From Myxococcota bacterium (GTDB taxonomy: Bacteria; Myxococcota_A; Polyangia; Nannocystales; Nannocystaceae), in assembly GCA_039028615.1 (NCBI GenBank), contig JBCCHT010000001.1, positions 160,001 to 224,000 on the forward strand: a stretch of 64,000 nt of DNA. Direction: 5' to 3'. How positions within the stretch are numbered: the stretch's first letter is position 1; every line of letters begins with the position of its first letter. The notes below the pieces were generated by a model. The model did not search any database. It was given only the letters and a program-made list of their open reading frames with translations, and was not told the DNA's origin. Below are positions 49,832 to 60,056 of this stretch, piece after piece. The translations under genes and the position numbers were made by a program.

Positions 49832-51388
49832 TCAGCGCCGCCGGCGAACGCTGGACATGGCCATGTCGCCCGCGAAGCCGAGCAGGAACACCCCGCCGAG
49901 GATCATCATGAACAAGCCGTGTCGCTGCATCCAGCTGGGCGACTCGCCGTGGATCTCCACGTTGACGTCGACCTGAGTCGGCGGCGCCACGGGGGTGGGC
50001 CCGTCGGCGGCAGGCACGGCCATCGGCCCCTGCCCCAGCTCGGCCTGGATCACGTCGAGCATGTGGGCCCGCAGCGACTTGAGCTCGTAATCGTCGGCGT
50101 GCGGATCGGCGTGGGCATTGCCGATGCCGGAGTGATCGGTGAGGAACAAGTACTTGCCCCCGGTGGTACGCGCGGCCCAGCGCATCAGGTACTCGCAGAT
50201 CGGCTCCACACCGCTGCTGGCCACCGGATACACGGAGACGTTCTTGCTCGCGAGCGAGCCGGTCGCGTGCACGTAGGTCTGGTAGCCCGCCGCATGCGGC
50301 GGCGCATCGGCGAGCACGAACACCAGCTTGGCCGCCTGGTCGCCCGACCACTGCAGCGTGCTCGCGGCCTTCATGCCCTCGTCCATCGCCTCGGGGAAGT
50401 CGCCCCCGCCGCCGGCTCCGTACACGCCGAGGTGGTCGACGAACGCATCGAGCGGCTCGAAGTCGTGGTGGCGCACGAGGTACTCGTCGGTCTGATCGCG
50501 ATAGACGACCAAGCCGTAGCGCTGCTCCACGTTGGGGTGCTGGCGGCCGATCTCCTGCGCGATCGAGCGGACCTCCGTCTTGAGGTACTGCAGCTCGTCG
50601 CCCATGCTGCCCGTGGTGTCGACGACGAAGCCGATCTCGAGCACGGGCGCGGTGGTGGTCGCATTCGGAGCGGCGCCCTTGGCCTTGTGACTGGGGATGG
50701 CCTGCGCGATGCCGCCGTCGAGCGCGGTCGCTTTGTCGCGAAGCTCGTCGAGCAGCGTGGTGTCGCTCAGGTCGTCGAGGATGCCCGCGGTGAGCTGACC
50801 GGCGCGAAGTTGTTCGTCGTAGCCGACGCCGGTGTCGGGCATCGGGCCACCGAACGCCGAGTCTTCGGCCAAACCGCCGCCCCCTCGGCCCTCGCCGCCG
50901 AACGCCATGCCGCCGCTCATCCCCTTGGTCCCGCTACCGGGCTTGCCCATCATGCCGAGGATGCCGGCGTGGCGAGCCGTCGAGGAGCTGGAGCGCGCCG
51001 ACTTGGGCATCGCCGGAGGGGGAGGAGCCTCGGATGGGGCGGCTTCGGCCTTGGTCCGGACCTCGGTGGGCATGAAGCTCGGCATGTCGCGGGCTTCACC
51101 CGTGACTCGCTCGGCATCACTGGGCTCGTCCGCGAAGATCGGCGTGTCCACGACCGGGGCGACCTCGATCGCCGTCTTCGCCTCCTCGACCGTCGCGTTG
51201 TCGGCGGTGGCGGTCGGGCTTTGGGCTACGGTCGTCTCGCCGTCAGCGGTCGGACTCGCCGAGTTCATCGCCGTGGCCGCGACGTAGAGCGGGATCGCAA
51301 TCGCGCTGCCAGCCAGCGTCGTGAGGGTGAGCGGGTATCGACGGCGCCGCGGCGCCACGGACTCGGAGTTGGAAACGTCGTCGGTCAT
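49832..51388 (-). CDS. vWA domain membrane protein
   Basis: VVDTTGSM MIDAS, YRD, GGGDFPE, ADAPPH; N- and C-terminal TM helices. Confidence 0.9.
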   Translation of the reverse strand: MTDDVSNSESVAPRRRRYPLTLTTLAGSAIAIPLYVAATAMNSASPTADGETTVAQSPTATADNATVEEAKTAIEVAPVVDTPIFADEPSDAERVTGEARDMPSFMPTEVRTKAEAAPSEAPPPPAMPKSARSSSSTARHAGILGMMGKPGSGTKGMSGGMAFGGEGRGGGGLAEDSAFGGPMPDTGVGYDEQLRAGQLTAGILDDLSDTTLLDELRDKATALDGGIAQAIPSHKAKGAAPNATTTAPVLEIGFVVDTTGSMGDELQYLKTEVRSIAQEIGRQHPNVEQRYGLVVYRDQTDEYLVRHHDFEPLDAFVDHLGVYGAGGGGDFPEAMDEGMKAASTLQWSGDQAAKLVFVLADAPPHAAGYQTYVHATGSLASKNVSVYPVASSGVEPICEYLMRWAARTTGGKYLFLTDHSGIGNAHADPHADDYELKSLRAHMLDVIQAELGQGPMAVPAADGPTPVAPPTQVDVNVEIHGESPSWMQRHGLFMMILGGVFLLGFAGDMAMSSVRRRR

Positions 51389-51492
51389 CGGCTTCCCGCC
51401 CTCCAACGCGCCACCTGGCGATTCGATGTAAACGAATTCACCAGCGCAGCGAGCGCGGGCGCAACCGCCCACAAACGCGGTTTGGGCCCAGA

Positions 51493-51909
51493 TTACGCGA
51501 TGGCGTCGGCGATGCGCCGGGCGAGGTCGGGCGCGGTGGCCTGGTCGAGAGGACGGGGCGATCCCTTGAATCGGAGCCCATGCGAGCCCCGGCGCGGGAT
51601 GAGGTGGAAGTGGGCATGCATCACCTCCTGCCCCGCATCGGCCCCGTTGTTCTGGAGCACGTTGTAGGCGTGGGCGCCCGTGGCCTGCATCAACGCCCGC
51701 GCCAGCATGGGCAACACGCGACCGATGGCCGCAGACTGCTCGGGCGACAGCTCGTGGAGGTGAGCGCGACGCTCTTTGGGGATGACCAGCAGGTGCCCCT
51801 GCGCCATGGGGTTGACGTCAAGAAACGCCAACACGTGCTCATCTTCGTAGACCCTGTGGCAGGGCAGCTCACCGTCGAGGATCTTGGCAAAGACCGTGGT
51901 CGCGGACAT
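51493..51909 (-). CDS. HIT family protein
   Basis: FAKILDGELP, AFLDVNP, GHLLVIPK, HAHFHLIPR. Confidence 0.95.
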   Translation of the reverse strand: MSATTVFAKILDGELPCHRVYEDEHVLAFLDVNPMAQGHLLVIPKERRAHLHELSPEQSAAIGRVLPMLARALMQATGAHAYNVLQNNGADAGQEVMHAHFHLIPRRGSHGLRFKGSPRPLDQATAPDLARRIADAIA

Positions 51910-51935
51910 GGCCCATCGTACTCGGCCCAGCGGCT

Positions 51936-53303
51936 TCAGTCGCCGCCCGCGGTCACGGTGGCCTGCTCGTCTCGTTCGAGGATGGTGAACTCGATGCGCC
52001 GGTTGTTGGCGCGCCCGTCCTTGGTCTCGTTGCTATCGATGGGTTCGTCGGGGCCGACGCCCGCCGTCTCGATGCGACGCTCGCGGATGCCCTTGCTCAC
52101 CATGTAGCGCTTGACCGACTTGGCGCGGCGCTGCGACAGGTCGACGTTGTGCCGATAGCCGCCGATGGCGTCCGTATGCCCGGTGATACGCACGCGAAGC
52201 TGACGGTACTTCTTCATGACCTCGACGGCGCGGTCGAGCGTGGGCCGGGAGTCGGCCTTGATCTTCGCCTTGTCGACATCGAAGTTGATGCCGTTCATCA
52301 CCCCGCTGAGATCGGCCAGCTCGGGCGGCACTTCATCGGGGCAGCCGTCGGAGTCCTCGAAGCCGTTGCGCGACTCGGGCTGCTCGGGGCACTTGTCGAC
52401 CGGGTTCGCGAGACCATCCCCATCGTTGTCGTCGACGCAGACCTGCGGACAGCCGCGCGGCGCGGCACCGGGTGTATCGGGGCAGTAGTCGTCGCGATCG
52501 CGCACGCCGTCGCCGTCGCGATCCCCAGGGCGCCCCTGCGGGCGCTCGCTCACCGACTCGCGGTGCCGCTTTCGACCCAGCGTGACCGACAGACCGAGCA
52601 AGACCTCGGGGCTCGAGGTCAGCCCGTCGCCGACCCCCAACCGATTGCTGACCACATTGCGCACGTCGAGCCGCATCTGCACCCAGCGATTGAAATAGAC
52701 CTTCACGCCGCCGCCGAAGTGGATCGCGACGTCTTGCTCGCTGCCGATGCCTTCGGGTGGGCCCGCGCTCGCGACCCCGAGCATGCCCGTACCCGCCAAG
52801 ATGAAGGGCGTGACGCTCCACAGACCCAGCTGCCCCACGATGTGGCCGCGCACGTTCCAGGCGGTGGCGCGACCATTGGAGTCCAGCGTGCGGGTGGGCA
52901 TGGCTCCGCCCTCGACCTCGACCCCGACCCAGCGCAAGGGATAGTAGCCGGCACGGAGCCCGACTTCGGGGGTGACCAGGCGCAGCAGCTGATGGCCATC
53001 GGCGGCGAACCCCTCGGTGGGCTCGAACAGCTCGAGGTGCCGGCTGGGAAACCACACCCCGCCGAAGACCCCGAGCTCGGCCATGTTGCGCTCGGGTGCC
53101 CAGCGGTAGATCCACTTGTCTTCGCGATCGCGACGCTCGGCCGAGCCGGACGTCGACCCGCTCGCCTCCGAGGCATCGATCCGACCTTCGGCCGACGCGC
53201 TCGACTCGGCGGCCGGGGCCGCCTCGGCCGTGCCCACAATGGCGAGCGTCGCGAACAGGGCCATGCCCGGAAAAACTTGGGTCATCGTCATGGAGTTCGC
53301 CAT
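51936..53303 (-). CDS. OmpA-family outer membrane protein with TSP3-like repeats
   Basis: Beta-barrel region, DxDGDG..D.CP repeats, GHTD, LSQRRA, NRRIEF. Confidence 0.92.
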   Translation of the reverse strand: MANSMTMTQVFPGMALFATLAIVGTAEAAPAAESSASAEGRIDASEASGSTSGSAERRDREDKWIYRWAPERNMAELGVFGGVWFPSRHLELFEPTEGFAADGHQLLRLVTPEVGLRAGYYPLRWVGVEVEGGAMPTRTLDSNGRATAWNVRGHIVGQLGLWSVTPFILAGTGMLGVASAGPPEGIGSEQDVAIHFGGGVKVYFNRWVQMRLDVRNVVSNRLGVGDGLTSSPEVLLGLSVTLGRKRHRESVSERPQGRPGDRDGDGVRDRDDYCPDTPGAAPRGCPQVCVDDNDGDGLANPVDKCPEQPESRNGFEDSDGCPDEVPPELADLSGVMNGINFDVDKAKIKADSRPTLDRAVEVMKKYRQLRVRITGHTDAIGGYRHNVDLSQRRAKSVKRYMVSKGIRERRIETAGVGPDEPIDSNETKDGRANNRRIEFTILERDEQATVTAGGD

Positions 53304-53306
53304 GGC

Positions 53307-54404
53307 CTAGTCACACGCACACTCGAGCCGCACGGAGACGACGCCCTGCTGGATCGCTTCACATGCCGCGCCCTGCAACACGAGCGTGGTCTCGTCTTGC
53401 AGGCCCCAGCCCTCGGGGTCACCGAAGGGGAACGCCGCGTCGTTGACCGTCATCTCGCACGACGGCGCGAGCTCCATCATCAGCGGGGCCGACAGCGGGA
53501 ACTCGCAAGGACGCAGACCGGAGACGATGGCATCGAAGGCCGCGACCAGCGACGCGGTGTCGTTGGCCACATAAAACGGCGCGTCGGGGTCTCCGGCCTC
53601 CTGCCCCACCCCCGCGTTGGCCAGGTCTTGCAGGTGCTCTTCGGCGATGTCCAGGCCCACGCTGATCACGAAGGTTCGAATCCCCATTTCGTGAGCGGCC
53701 TGCACCGCATCGATCGCGACACCGCGCACCTGGTCGACCTCGGCCCCATCGGGCGCCGGAATGGCGCACGTATCCGGCTCTCCGTCGGTGGCGAGCACGA
53801 TGACCTTGTCGCCCTTCCACGGGTCCTGCTCCAGCTCGTCGATCACCAGCTGCAGCGACTCCCCCGTGGGCGTGTCGCCGTCGGGGACCTCGCCCGCCAA
53901 CAGGGTCGCAATCTCGTCTGCGGCATCGAGCTGAGGCGCCAGGGTCTGCACTGCGGGGCACATGCCGTCGGGGTTGTGATACAGCGAGACACCGAAGCGA
54001 ATGCTCGATTGCAGCGACGTGACCACCCCGTCGGGCCCGATGAGGGTATTGCCCATCGCCTCCCAGCGCGTGGCGCCGCCGTCGAAGTCTTCGTCCATGC
54101 TGCCGCTCTGATCGACCACGAGCTGGAAGGTAGGCACCTGCGGTAGCAAGACTTCTTGGAAGTCGGGGCACTCCACTTGGCCGCCGTCGCCAGTCGCGAC
54201 GCCCGTCTCGTCGGCGGTGACGTCACCCGCGGACGCGTCCGCCGTCCCCCCCGCCGACGCATCGTCGGTCGCGGCGCTCGTGCTCGAACCAGCCCCGTCC
54301 TCGGGACAGCCGCCTTGCGCGAGCCCATCGTCGAAGCATGGATCAGCACAGCCCGTAGCCGTGCCCAAGCCCATTACGAATGATCCAATCACGACCCCGC
54401 GCAT
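53307..54404 (-). CDS. vWA domain lipoprotein (CglB-like)
   Basis: Lipobox ATGC; VDQSGSM, TPT, LATDGEP, LQGAAC. Confidence 0.85.
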   Translation of the reverse strand: MRGVVIGSFVMGLGTATGCADPCFDDGLAQGGCPEDGAGSSTSAATDDASAGGTADASAGDVTADETGVATGDGGQVECPDFQEVLLPQVPTFQLVVDQSGSMDEDFDGGATRWEAMGNTLIGPDGVVTSLQSSIRFGVSLYHNPDGMCPAVQTLAPQLDAADEIATLLAGEVPDGDTPTGESLQLVIDELEQDPWKGDKVIVLATDGEPDTCAIPAPDGAEVDQVRGVAIDAVQAAHEMGIRTFVISVGLDIAEEHLQDLANAGVGQEAGDPDAPFYVANDTASLVAAFDAIVSGLRPCEFPLSAPLMMELAPSCEMTVNDAAFPFGDPEGWGLQDETTLVLQGAACEAIQQGVVSVRLECACD

Positions 54405-54600
54405 CGCAGGGCCGCATCGCCGGCCTTGTCCCCTCACCACCACTAGCGTGTACAGACAATTCCGGTTTCGCCAGCCGCTTTGTCGTACCGAAGTCGGGCG
54501 ACATCGGCCTTCGCTCGATTAGTTCGTGAGCAGAGCCAACGTCCTTGCAACGACCATCATCGGCGCGTCGATCGATGACGGAAGTGGGCCGCACGATCAA

Positions 54601-55698
54601 TCAGGGACAAGCACCACATACCCAACGAAAGCCATCGACGAGGGCGTAGGCGTCGAATTCGATATCACGCCCATCCCAGATGGAGACCACGACCGTGATC
54701 TCTTCTCCTTCTTCGACCGGCCCCGCTCCGGTGAGCCAGGCCGTCGCGCCGTGGCCCTCCATGCACGTCCCCGCGAGCTCGGGCAACGTGGAGTCGTCGT
54801 CGCGGTACTCGAGGTACACCGTGTCGACGGCGAGCGGGTTGCCTTGCGAGTCGAGGGCGATGTTCCCCGTCCACAGCTCCGAGTCCAGCCACACCATGAA
54901 CATGTCGTTCCAATCGGGACCGATGAAATCGGGGTACTCCGAGATGAGGAAGGCGTAGTCGAGCTCGATCCCACTCGCCCCGCCGGGCACCGTCGCGGAG
55001 AAGCGGAGCTCGCCATAGTCGTAGGCCCCGCCGTTGAACTGGGTCTGCAGCGTGTTGGAACAGTCACCGAATCCCACGAGGGACGGATCGGCGAGACAGT
55101 CACCGCCTGCGTCGAAGGGAATGATGGGAGCGGGCAAGGCCTTGCCCAGGGTTTGGTTGCGAGCCAGGCTCTGGCCCTCGGCGCAGTCGATCAATGGATC
55201 GAGCAGACGATCGATGGTCCCCGTCCCCATCGCGAGGATGGAGCCGCCTTGCCGCGGGGCGAAGGCGTCGCTGGCTCCCAGCCCGCCCAGCACTTCGAGC
55301 GCGCCCGCGGAGGCGAAGATCGACGACTCGAACACGGGGTTGTCCTCGCAGCCGACTCCGATGGCCTCGAAGGGGGTCGCGCTGCTCGGGTCCCCGTCGA
55401 AGCACGGCACGACCTCCTCGCAGGCGCAGCTCTGAAAGCCCGTGGTGTCGATGCTTCCGTCGTCGGAAGAGCCTCCGACGGAGTCATCCGAGCCATCGCC
55501 CGAGGAGTCACCCGGCTCACCCGGCCCCCGCCCGCCACTTTCGGTGTTCTCTCGTTCGTCTTCCCGCGGCCCGGTGTCCGTCGATGCACTCGACGGTTCG
55601 TCCAGCGCATCGATGTCGGGGTCATAGGCGGGGTTGCGGGCCGAGCATCCCGCGATACCAATCGTCAGTACGCCGGTCGCCATCAACGCCCAGCGCAC
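54601..55698 (-). CDS. Choice-of-anchor L domain lipoprotein
   Basis: Lipobox IAGC; ELRF...FLISEYPDFIG..WNDMF, GATAWL, WDGRD..FD; AAGGAG before the GTG start. Confidence 0.8.
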   Translation of the reverse strand: MRWALMATGVLTIGIAGCSARNPAYDPDIDALDEPSSASTDTGPREDERENTESGGRGPGEPGDSSGDGSDDSVGGSSDDGSIDTTGFQSCACEEVVPCFDGDPSSATPFEAIGVGCEDNPVFESSIFASAGALEVLGGLGASDAFAPRQGGSILAMGTGTIDRLLDPLIDCAEGQSLARNQTLGKALPAPIIPFDAGGDCLADPSLVGFGDCSNTLQTQFNGGAYDYGELRFSATVPGGASGIELDYAFLISEYPDFIGPDWNDMFMVWLDSELWTGNIALDSQGNPLAVDTVYLEYRDDDSTLPELAGTCMEGHGATAWLTGAGPVEEGEEITVVVSIWDGRDIEFDAYALVDGFRWVCGACP

Positions 55699-55865
55699 AC
55701 GAACTCCTTCGCGGTTCCATCCATCGTTGGATCCATGGCCTCGCCCACCGATGAGCTTCAACCAATCCTATTATGGTCCGCCTCGATTTCGATAACGAAG
55801 ATGGAACGTCGTAAAGAGGAATGACGCCCCGAGTTCGGCGCTCGGGGCGGCAGCGTTGACGCTGT

Positions 55866-57074
55866 CTAGGGCAGCGGAATGTAGCGGGCCAAGCCCCGCG
55901 ACGTCCCACCTTCCGGTGCAATGACGTCCAGGACCACGATGGCCATGTCGCCGCTGACGACGACTCCCTTGGTCTCCACCTCGACCGCATCCTCGAGCAC
56001 CCGAGGCACCTCCCACAACGTCGCGCCATCCCGCTGTCGCCCCGAAACGACCAGCTCCGATCCAATACCGCCGTGCGCATGGAGGAGCGATCCGGAGCGA
56101 ATATCGACCGAGGCACGCCAATCGACCTGCGGGTCGATGAACGCGGAAGACTCGGCCCCATCGGGCTCCATCGAAGTGACTCGCAGCTCGCCGAACCCCG
56201 CGGAGACGGCAATCACACTCTGGTCATCGTCGACGAACAGGTTGGTGTGGTTGTAGGCGGGATCGAAGTCCACGGGCGAGGTCCACAGCAGCTCACCGTC
56301 GGAGTCGACCAGCGTGAGCTCGATCTGAAACTCGTCGGGGTGGGACTCGGCCAATACATAGACCTGTCCGTCCGGTCGCACGGCGAGGTCGTGGATCGGG
56401 CCCTCGAAGAACACCTCGAGCTCCACGGTCCCATCCATGGCGTGGCGTCGCAGCATCCCCGTGCCCGGCGGATACGACCCCTCGAGCCCTCGCGTCGCGC
56501 TCCATAGAGCCTCCGGGCCATACTCGATCGCGGTCACTTCTCCGCGGGGCTGCTCCATCGGGACCTGTGACACCAACTCCCCTTCCCCATCCAAGATCCA
56601 CAGCGTGGGAATCGGCGGCGGCCCCTCGTCGGGCCAGAAACCGTCGACGCCTCCCACCGCGATCGCGCCGTCGGGGCTCGCATCCAGCTCCAGCGGGATG
56701 CCCCACGGAAACGCCCGCGTCCAGTGAGCACCGCTGGCGTCGAAGCGAGAGATCGAGCTCGTGTCCAGCGTCGACAGCAACGCGATGCCATCGCCGTTGG
56801 GCATCACGTCGAGGTCACGAGGAAACATGCCGTACCAGTTCACGGCGATTTCTTCGGGGAACTCGTCGACCGCCGCGGGCGGCTCGGCGTCGGTCGTCGC
56901 CTCGCCATCGTCCGTACCTTCGGTCTCACCGTCGCCTTCGCCCGGGCTCGTGGTGGACCCCTCGGGCTCGTCACCCCCTACGCCAGCGGGAGGGAGCACG
57001 CAGGCGGGCATGGTCGTCGCCAAGCATACGATCCACGGCAACGTTGAAGTGGGCAGTTCATGAAGTCTCATCAC
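55866..57074 (-). CDS. Lipoprotein, probable beta-propeller
   Basis: MPAC lipobox-like site; repeated DGELLW-type blades. Confidence 0.7.
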   Translation of the reverse strand: MMRLHELPTSTLPWIVCLATTMPACVLPPAGVGGDEPEGSTTSPGEGDGETEGTDDGEATTDAEPPAAVDEFPEEIAVNWYGMFPRDLDVMPNGDGIALLSTLDTSSISRFDASGAHWTRAFPWGIPLELDASPDGAIAVGGVDGFWPDEGPPPIPTLWILDGEGELVSQVPMEQPRGEVTAIEYGPEALWSATRGLEGSYPPGTGMLRRHAMDGTVELEVFFEGPIHDLAVRPDGQVYVLAESHPDEFQIELTLVDSDGELLWTSPVDFDPAYNHTNLFVDDDQSVIAVSAGFGELRVTSMEPDGAESSAFIDPQVDWRASVDIRSGSLLHAHGGIGSELVVSGRQRDGATLWEVPRVLEDAVEVETKGVVVSGDMAIVVLDVIAPEGGTSRGLARYIPLP

Positions 57075-58378
57075 TCCCCTTGGTCTCCGCCCGCGACCGA
57101 GCTGACGACCGGCTCGGAGAACAATTGCTCACCGATACAGGTGCGACGAAGGGCCGCCTCGTGCTCGTGACCGCGGGGGGTGTTCAGCAGGGCGCGGGCG
57201 CTCGTGAGCGCGTCGCGTTGCCGACCGAGCTTGCATGCGACCGTGACCGAAGAGCGTCGCCGCTCTGCGGCGAGGCGGCCACGCGGAAAGCTCCGGGCGT
57301 GCAGCGACAGAGACTCCCACGCCGCGGGCCATTGCTCTGCCTGCATCTGCGTCCGCGCGCGGCTCAGCAACACCGCCTCTCGTGCCAGGGCATCGGCGGA
57401 AGGTTCACTCACCGTCGGGGACTCGGCCGCCGTCGTGGTCGCGGGGGCCTTCGCCGTGTCCCTCGCTTCGTCGTTCGCGGCCCCACGTCGAACTCGAGTC
57501 GGGGAAGGACGCGAGTTCGGACGGACAGGCGCGTTCACGGCGAGTATCGGTGGTACGCGCTCTTCGACGTCGGCCGGCTCGACGCGGGCTGCGACCGCGG
57601 GGGCACTCGATGACGACGATGAAGAGGCCTTGGCCCGGGCCGCTCGCGGTTCCCCGACCGAGGGCGTCGATGTCGGCTCGGAGGGGACCACCGCCATCAC
57701 TCCCACGATGGTGAGGGCCGCCGCCACGCCACCGACCGCAGCTCCGCCCATGACGCCGCCGAGCGAGAACCCGGGCAGCGCGAGCCAGAGCCGCTGCCGG
57801 GCCTGTGCCGGAGGTCGCTCGGTGGCCGACGCCAGCCGACGCACCACGGGACCCGCGGGTCCATCGGGACCAAACGCCTCCTCGAAGTCGGCCCGGGCCG
57901 CCCGCAGTCGCGAGTACGCCGTGCTCGGCTTGACCCCCAACGCCTGGGCCAACGACGCGCGAGGCAGCCCTTCGATCTCACCCAGAACGAAGGCCTCGCG
58001 CTTGGGCGCATCCAAGGTCTCGAGAAACGCATGCAACAGCCGCCTCGCCTCGGCTCGCCGCACGACCTCGTGCCCCTCGGGCTCGAGGCGCTCGGGCGTC
58101 TGCTGGGCCAACGCCCCTTTTCGACGCGTGCGTCGTTGCTCGGCCCGGCGATACCGCCACGCCACCCGTCGCGCGATGCCGTACAGCCAGGTCCGCTCGC
58201 TGCTGCGCGCTTCGAAGTCGTCGATGCGTCGATGCACCACCACGAACACGTCGTGGGCAGCGTCTTCGACCTGCGCGTCGGGGACCCCCAGCCGCCGCAA
58301 GACCGTCCACACGAAGTCGAGCTCGCACAGGTAGAGCTCCCGAAAACGCCGCGCGCGGGTGGAGATGAACATCTTCAT
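57071..58378 (-). CDS. ECF sigma factor with a long C-terminal TM/anti-sigma-like extension
   Basis: FVWTVLRRLGV, EDAAHDVF, TWLYGIA, TAYSRLRAAR; then TM helix and LAREA..L..AR. Confidence 0.9.
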   Translation of the reverse strand: MKMFISTRARRFRELYLCELDFVWTVLRRLGVPDAQVEDAAHDVFVVVHRRIDDFEARSSERTWLYGIARRVAWRYRRAEQRRTRRKGALAQQTPERLEPEGHEVVRRAEARRLLHAFLETLDAPKREAFVLGEIEGLPRASLAQALGVKPSTAYSRLRAARADFEEAFGPDGPAGPVVRRLASATERPPAQARQRLWLALPGFSLGGVMGGAAVGGVAAALTIVGVMAVVPSEPTSTPSVGEPRAARAKASSSSSSSAPAVAARVEPADVEERVPPILAVNAPVRPNSRPSPTRVRRGAANDEARDTAKAPATTTAAESPTVSEPSADALAREAVLLSRARTQMQAEQWPAAWESLSLHARSFPRGRLAAERRRSSVTVACKLGRQRDALTSARALLNTPRGHEHEAALRRTCIGEQLFSEPVVSSVAGGDQGE

Positions 58379-59352
58379 GTCCTTGGTCTCCGGCTGCGCG
58401 ACGATTGACGAAGCGGAATGCGAAATTCTGCTCCGAGCCCGATTCCGAGGCCTAAGGCGGGTGTTTCGTGCAGAAGGCCGCCGTCGTCGAGGGCGAAGGT
58501 CGGCCGCGTGATTGCCGCGCCGAAGGTCAGAGCGCCATGCAGCGCGAGCCACGACGTGGCCGCGTAGCTCACGCCAGGCTGGACGGTCGCGGCGACCCAG
58601 GGGCGCGCGACCAAACGAGTGATGTCGAGACCACGGCCCTCCGCGACCATCACCCCGCCCTCTACGCCCGAGCGCAGGTGAACGATGAAGCGACCGCGGC
58701 GGATCAACGGCCCCGCCGCGACGCCGGCACTGGACGCGAAGATCTGGGCCCCGCCACCCGACTCGTGCGACGCGAACCGACCCAAGCGATGGGTCGCGGT
58801 CACGAGCAGTTCCCAGCGCGACCATTGGGGGCCGACCGCGAGGTGCCCGACGCCGTGGGCTCCCGGGAGTACGCCGGCCGCCGCTCCAGCATGAAGCCCG
58901 AGCGCGAGGGTCTGCGGCCTCGACCTCGGCTCTTCCGCTGCGTCGGCCCGAGCGCGGACCACCGGGCGCGACGATGGTGCGGCACGAGGGGTCGGTTCGC
59001 CCGGCACGGGCGTCGTGGGCGGGTCGGGCACCAACGACTTGGACGTCGCGGCGAGGGGATCGACGGCCACCGCAATGACCACCGCGGCGGCCGTGGCCAG
59101 CGAGTCGCACGACGCGGCATCGAAGCGGCGGGTCACGGCAGCGTCGGCCGTCTCGACGCGAAGCGACAGCCGATACCCTGGCCCTTCGCCGTCGATACGC
59201 GCCTCAGCCTGTCCGCGCGCCGCCGGATCGACCAGCGCCGCCAGCCTCGACTCGACCTCTGCGCGCTCCGGGCACTCCGGCGGGGCCTCCCACCGCACGG
59301 ACACGGCGGGGTCGCCTACAGCGAGCGCAACGAGCAGCGGAGCCGTGACCAT
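58375..59352 (-). CDS. Hypothetical secreted / outer-membrane protein
   Basis: WEAPPECP...SCDSLA domain plus beta-strand C-terminus; ATGA-coupled to the ECF gene. Confidence 0.75.
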   Translation of the reverse strand: MVTAPLLVALAVGDPAVSVRWEAPPECPERAEVESRLAALVDPAARGQAEARIDGEGPGYRLSLRVETADAAVTRRFDAASCDSLATAAAVVIAVAVDPLAATSKSLVPDPPTTPVPGEPTPRAAPSSRPVVRARADAAEEPRSRPQTLALGLHAGAAAGVLPGAHGVGHLAVGPQWSRWELLVTATHRLGRFASHESGGGAQIFASSAGVAAGPLIRRGRFIVHLRSGVEGGVMVAEGRGLDITRLVARPWVAATVQPGVSYAATSWLALHGALTFGAAITRPTFALDDGGLLHETPALGLGIGLGAEFRIPLRQSSRSRRPRT

Positions 59353-59395
59353 GGGACCGATACTCGAAAGGTACCAGGGCGTGCTCGGAGCGCCA

Positions 59396-59971
59396 TCACC
59401 CTTGGGTCGGTCTCGTGATCCGGCGACTGTAGTGCGGCAACCACTCCGTCAGTACGCGCAACGCCGCGGCGGCATCGTCCGCGCCGAAGACCCGATCCTC
59501 GGCGATCTCGGGGAACCGGATGCGTTCGTCCACCCGCTCGTCGGCCAGCCGCTCGCTCCACCCCCCGCACCGCAGCGCGATGACCAGCCGCTGGTGGATC
59601 CACGCAAAGGCCATCTCGCTGAGGGTCCCCGCCCCACCGCCAATGGCGATGACGGCGTCGGACTGCGCCACCACTCGATTGCGACCGTGGTCCAGCCCGG
59701 TGCACATCGCGATGTCGACCCACGCGTTGGCGGCATCGGGATCGGTGCCCGGGAGCACGCCGATCGTCGCTCCGTCCCGCCACGCGCTCGAGCGTCGAGC
59801 CCCGCGACACGCCGCCGCCATCACCCCGCCGAGGCCTCCGGTGACCACGCGATGCCCCGCATCCACGAGACCTTCACCGATCGCCTCGGCCAGTCGCTCA
59901 CGGACCCCGCCGGGCTCGACCCGAGCATTGCCAACCACCGCCACGAGCGCCCGCCGGGGCATCACCGTCAT
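59396..59971 (-). CDS. TIGR00725 / SLOG (LOG-like) family protein
   Basis: TGGLGGVM, IGVLPG, RN, GGGAGTLSE. Confidence 0.9.
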   Translation of the reverse strand: MTVMPRRALVAVVGNARVEPGGVRERLAEAIGEGLVDAGHRVVTGGLGGVMAAACRGARRSSAWRDGATIGVLPGTDPDAANAWVDIAMCTGLDHGRNRVVAQSDAVIAIGGGAGTLSEMAFAWIHQRLVIALRCGGWSERLADERVDERIRFPEIAEDRVFGADDAAAALRVLTEWLPHYSRRITRPTQG

Positions 59972-60056
59972 CGAGCACCGCCACGCGCTACGAGGATCAC
60001 CCCCGAGAGGATAGACGCTGCGCCGAGCGGTGGGATTGGCGACCCGGCAACGGCCG

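Noticed and set aside
51936..54404. traAB kin-recognition locus
   Set aside because: The OmpA/TSP3 protein is TraB-like in architecture, but the upstream gene is a vWA lipoprotein without TraA's Cys-rich repeats or MYXO-CTERM.
57071..59110. 679-aa version of the ECF protein
   Set aside because: The extension overlaps the 58375-59352 gene; the ATGA-coupled start at 58378 fits better.
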